The notes beneath the pieces are model-generated. The model had not been told where the DNA came from, ran no database searches, and saw only the letters and a program-made list of their open reading frames with translations. Positions 63,565 through 64,000 of a stretch of 64,000 bases of DNA are shown here, one piece after another (position 1 is the first letter of the stretch; every line of letters starts with the position of its first letter). The position numbers and the translations under genes are program-made. Source of the stretch: Escherichia coli (GTDB lineage: Bacteria > Pseudomonadota > Gammaproteobacteria > Enterobacterales > Enterobacteriaceae); NCBI RefSeq assembly GCF_030384885.1, contig NZ_CP128613.1; one strand, written 5' to 3'.

Positions 63565-64000
63565 ATGCTTAAACAGGTAGAAATTTTCACCGATGGTTCG
63601 TGTCTGGGTAATCCTGGACCCGGGGGTTACGGCGCTATTTTACGCTATCGCGGACGCGAGAAAACCTTTAGCGCTGGCTACACCCGCACCACCAACAACC
63701 GTATGGAGTTGATGGCCGCTATTGTCGCGCTGGAGGCGTTAAAAGAACATTGCGAAGTCATTTTGAGTACCGACAGCCAGTATGTCCGCCAGGGGATCAC
63801 CCAGTGGATCCATAACTGGAAAAAACGTGGCTGGAAAACAGCAGACAAAAAACCAGTAAAAAATGTCGATCTCTGGCAACGTCTTGATGCTGCATTGGGG
63901 CAGCATCAAATCAAATGGGAATGGGTTAAAGGCCATGCCGGACACCCGGAAAACGAACGCTGTGATGAACTGGCTCGTGCTGCGGCGATGAATCCCACAC
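63565..64000 (+). CDS. rnhA: Ribonuclease HI, N-terminal about 145 aa; runs off the window end
   Basis: [35 protein letters not shown]...; divergent from dnaQ. Confidence 0.9.

Overview
This window reads as an Escherichia coli chromosomal segment (not K-12 in its accessory content), running thrW to rnhA in reverse K-12 orientation. All calls are from reading the six-frame translations and the DNA; no searches were run, and hand-derived coordinates may be off by 1-2 nt. Layout: (1) 1-4106, a lambdoid prophage remnant at tRNA-Thr (endolysin, holin, Q-like, RusA, YbcO-like, integrase). (2) 4121-16489, core genes thrW, proA, proB, phoE, crl, frsA, gpt, pepD, an intact rtcB-prfH pair with a third membrane-hydrolase-like gene, yafP and dinB (no yafNO). 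(3) 16560-45553, a GC-rich Flag-2 lateral-flagellar locus with the hook/basal-body, export and LafK clusters but no flagellin/filament/sigma-28/motor cluster, and carrying an embedded glycosyltransferase/cytidylyltransferase module. (4) 45637-53694, a HicAB-like pair then yafL, yafK, yafJ, gmhA, fadE, ivy, yafV. (5) 53735-61307, an AT-rich island at tRNA-Asp: ISAs1 transposase, group II intron, orphan Rhs toxin tip with immunity gene, and an Hcp/effector/immunity module. (6) yafT, aspV, dnaQ, rnhA start. The most likely candidates for something undescribed are the glycerol-phosphate/glycosyl-transfer module inside Flag-2, the orphan Hcp-effector-immunity cassette, and the three-gene rtcB-prfH-hydrolase unit. 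No CRISPR array was seen.
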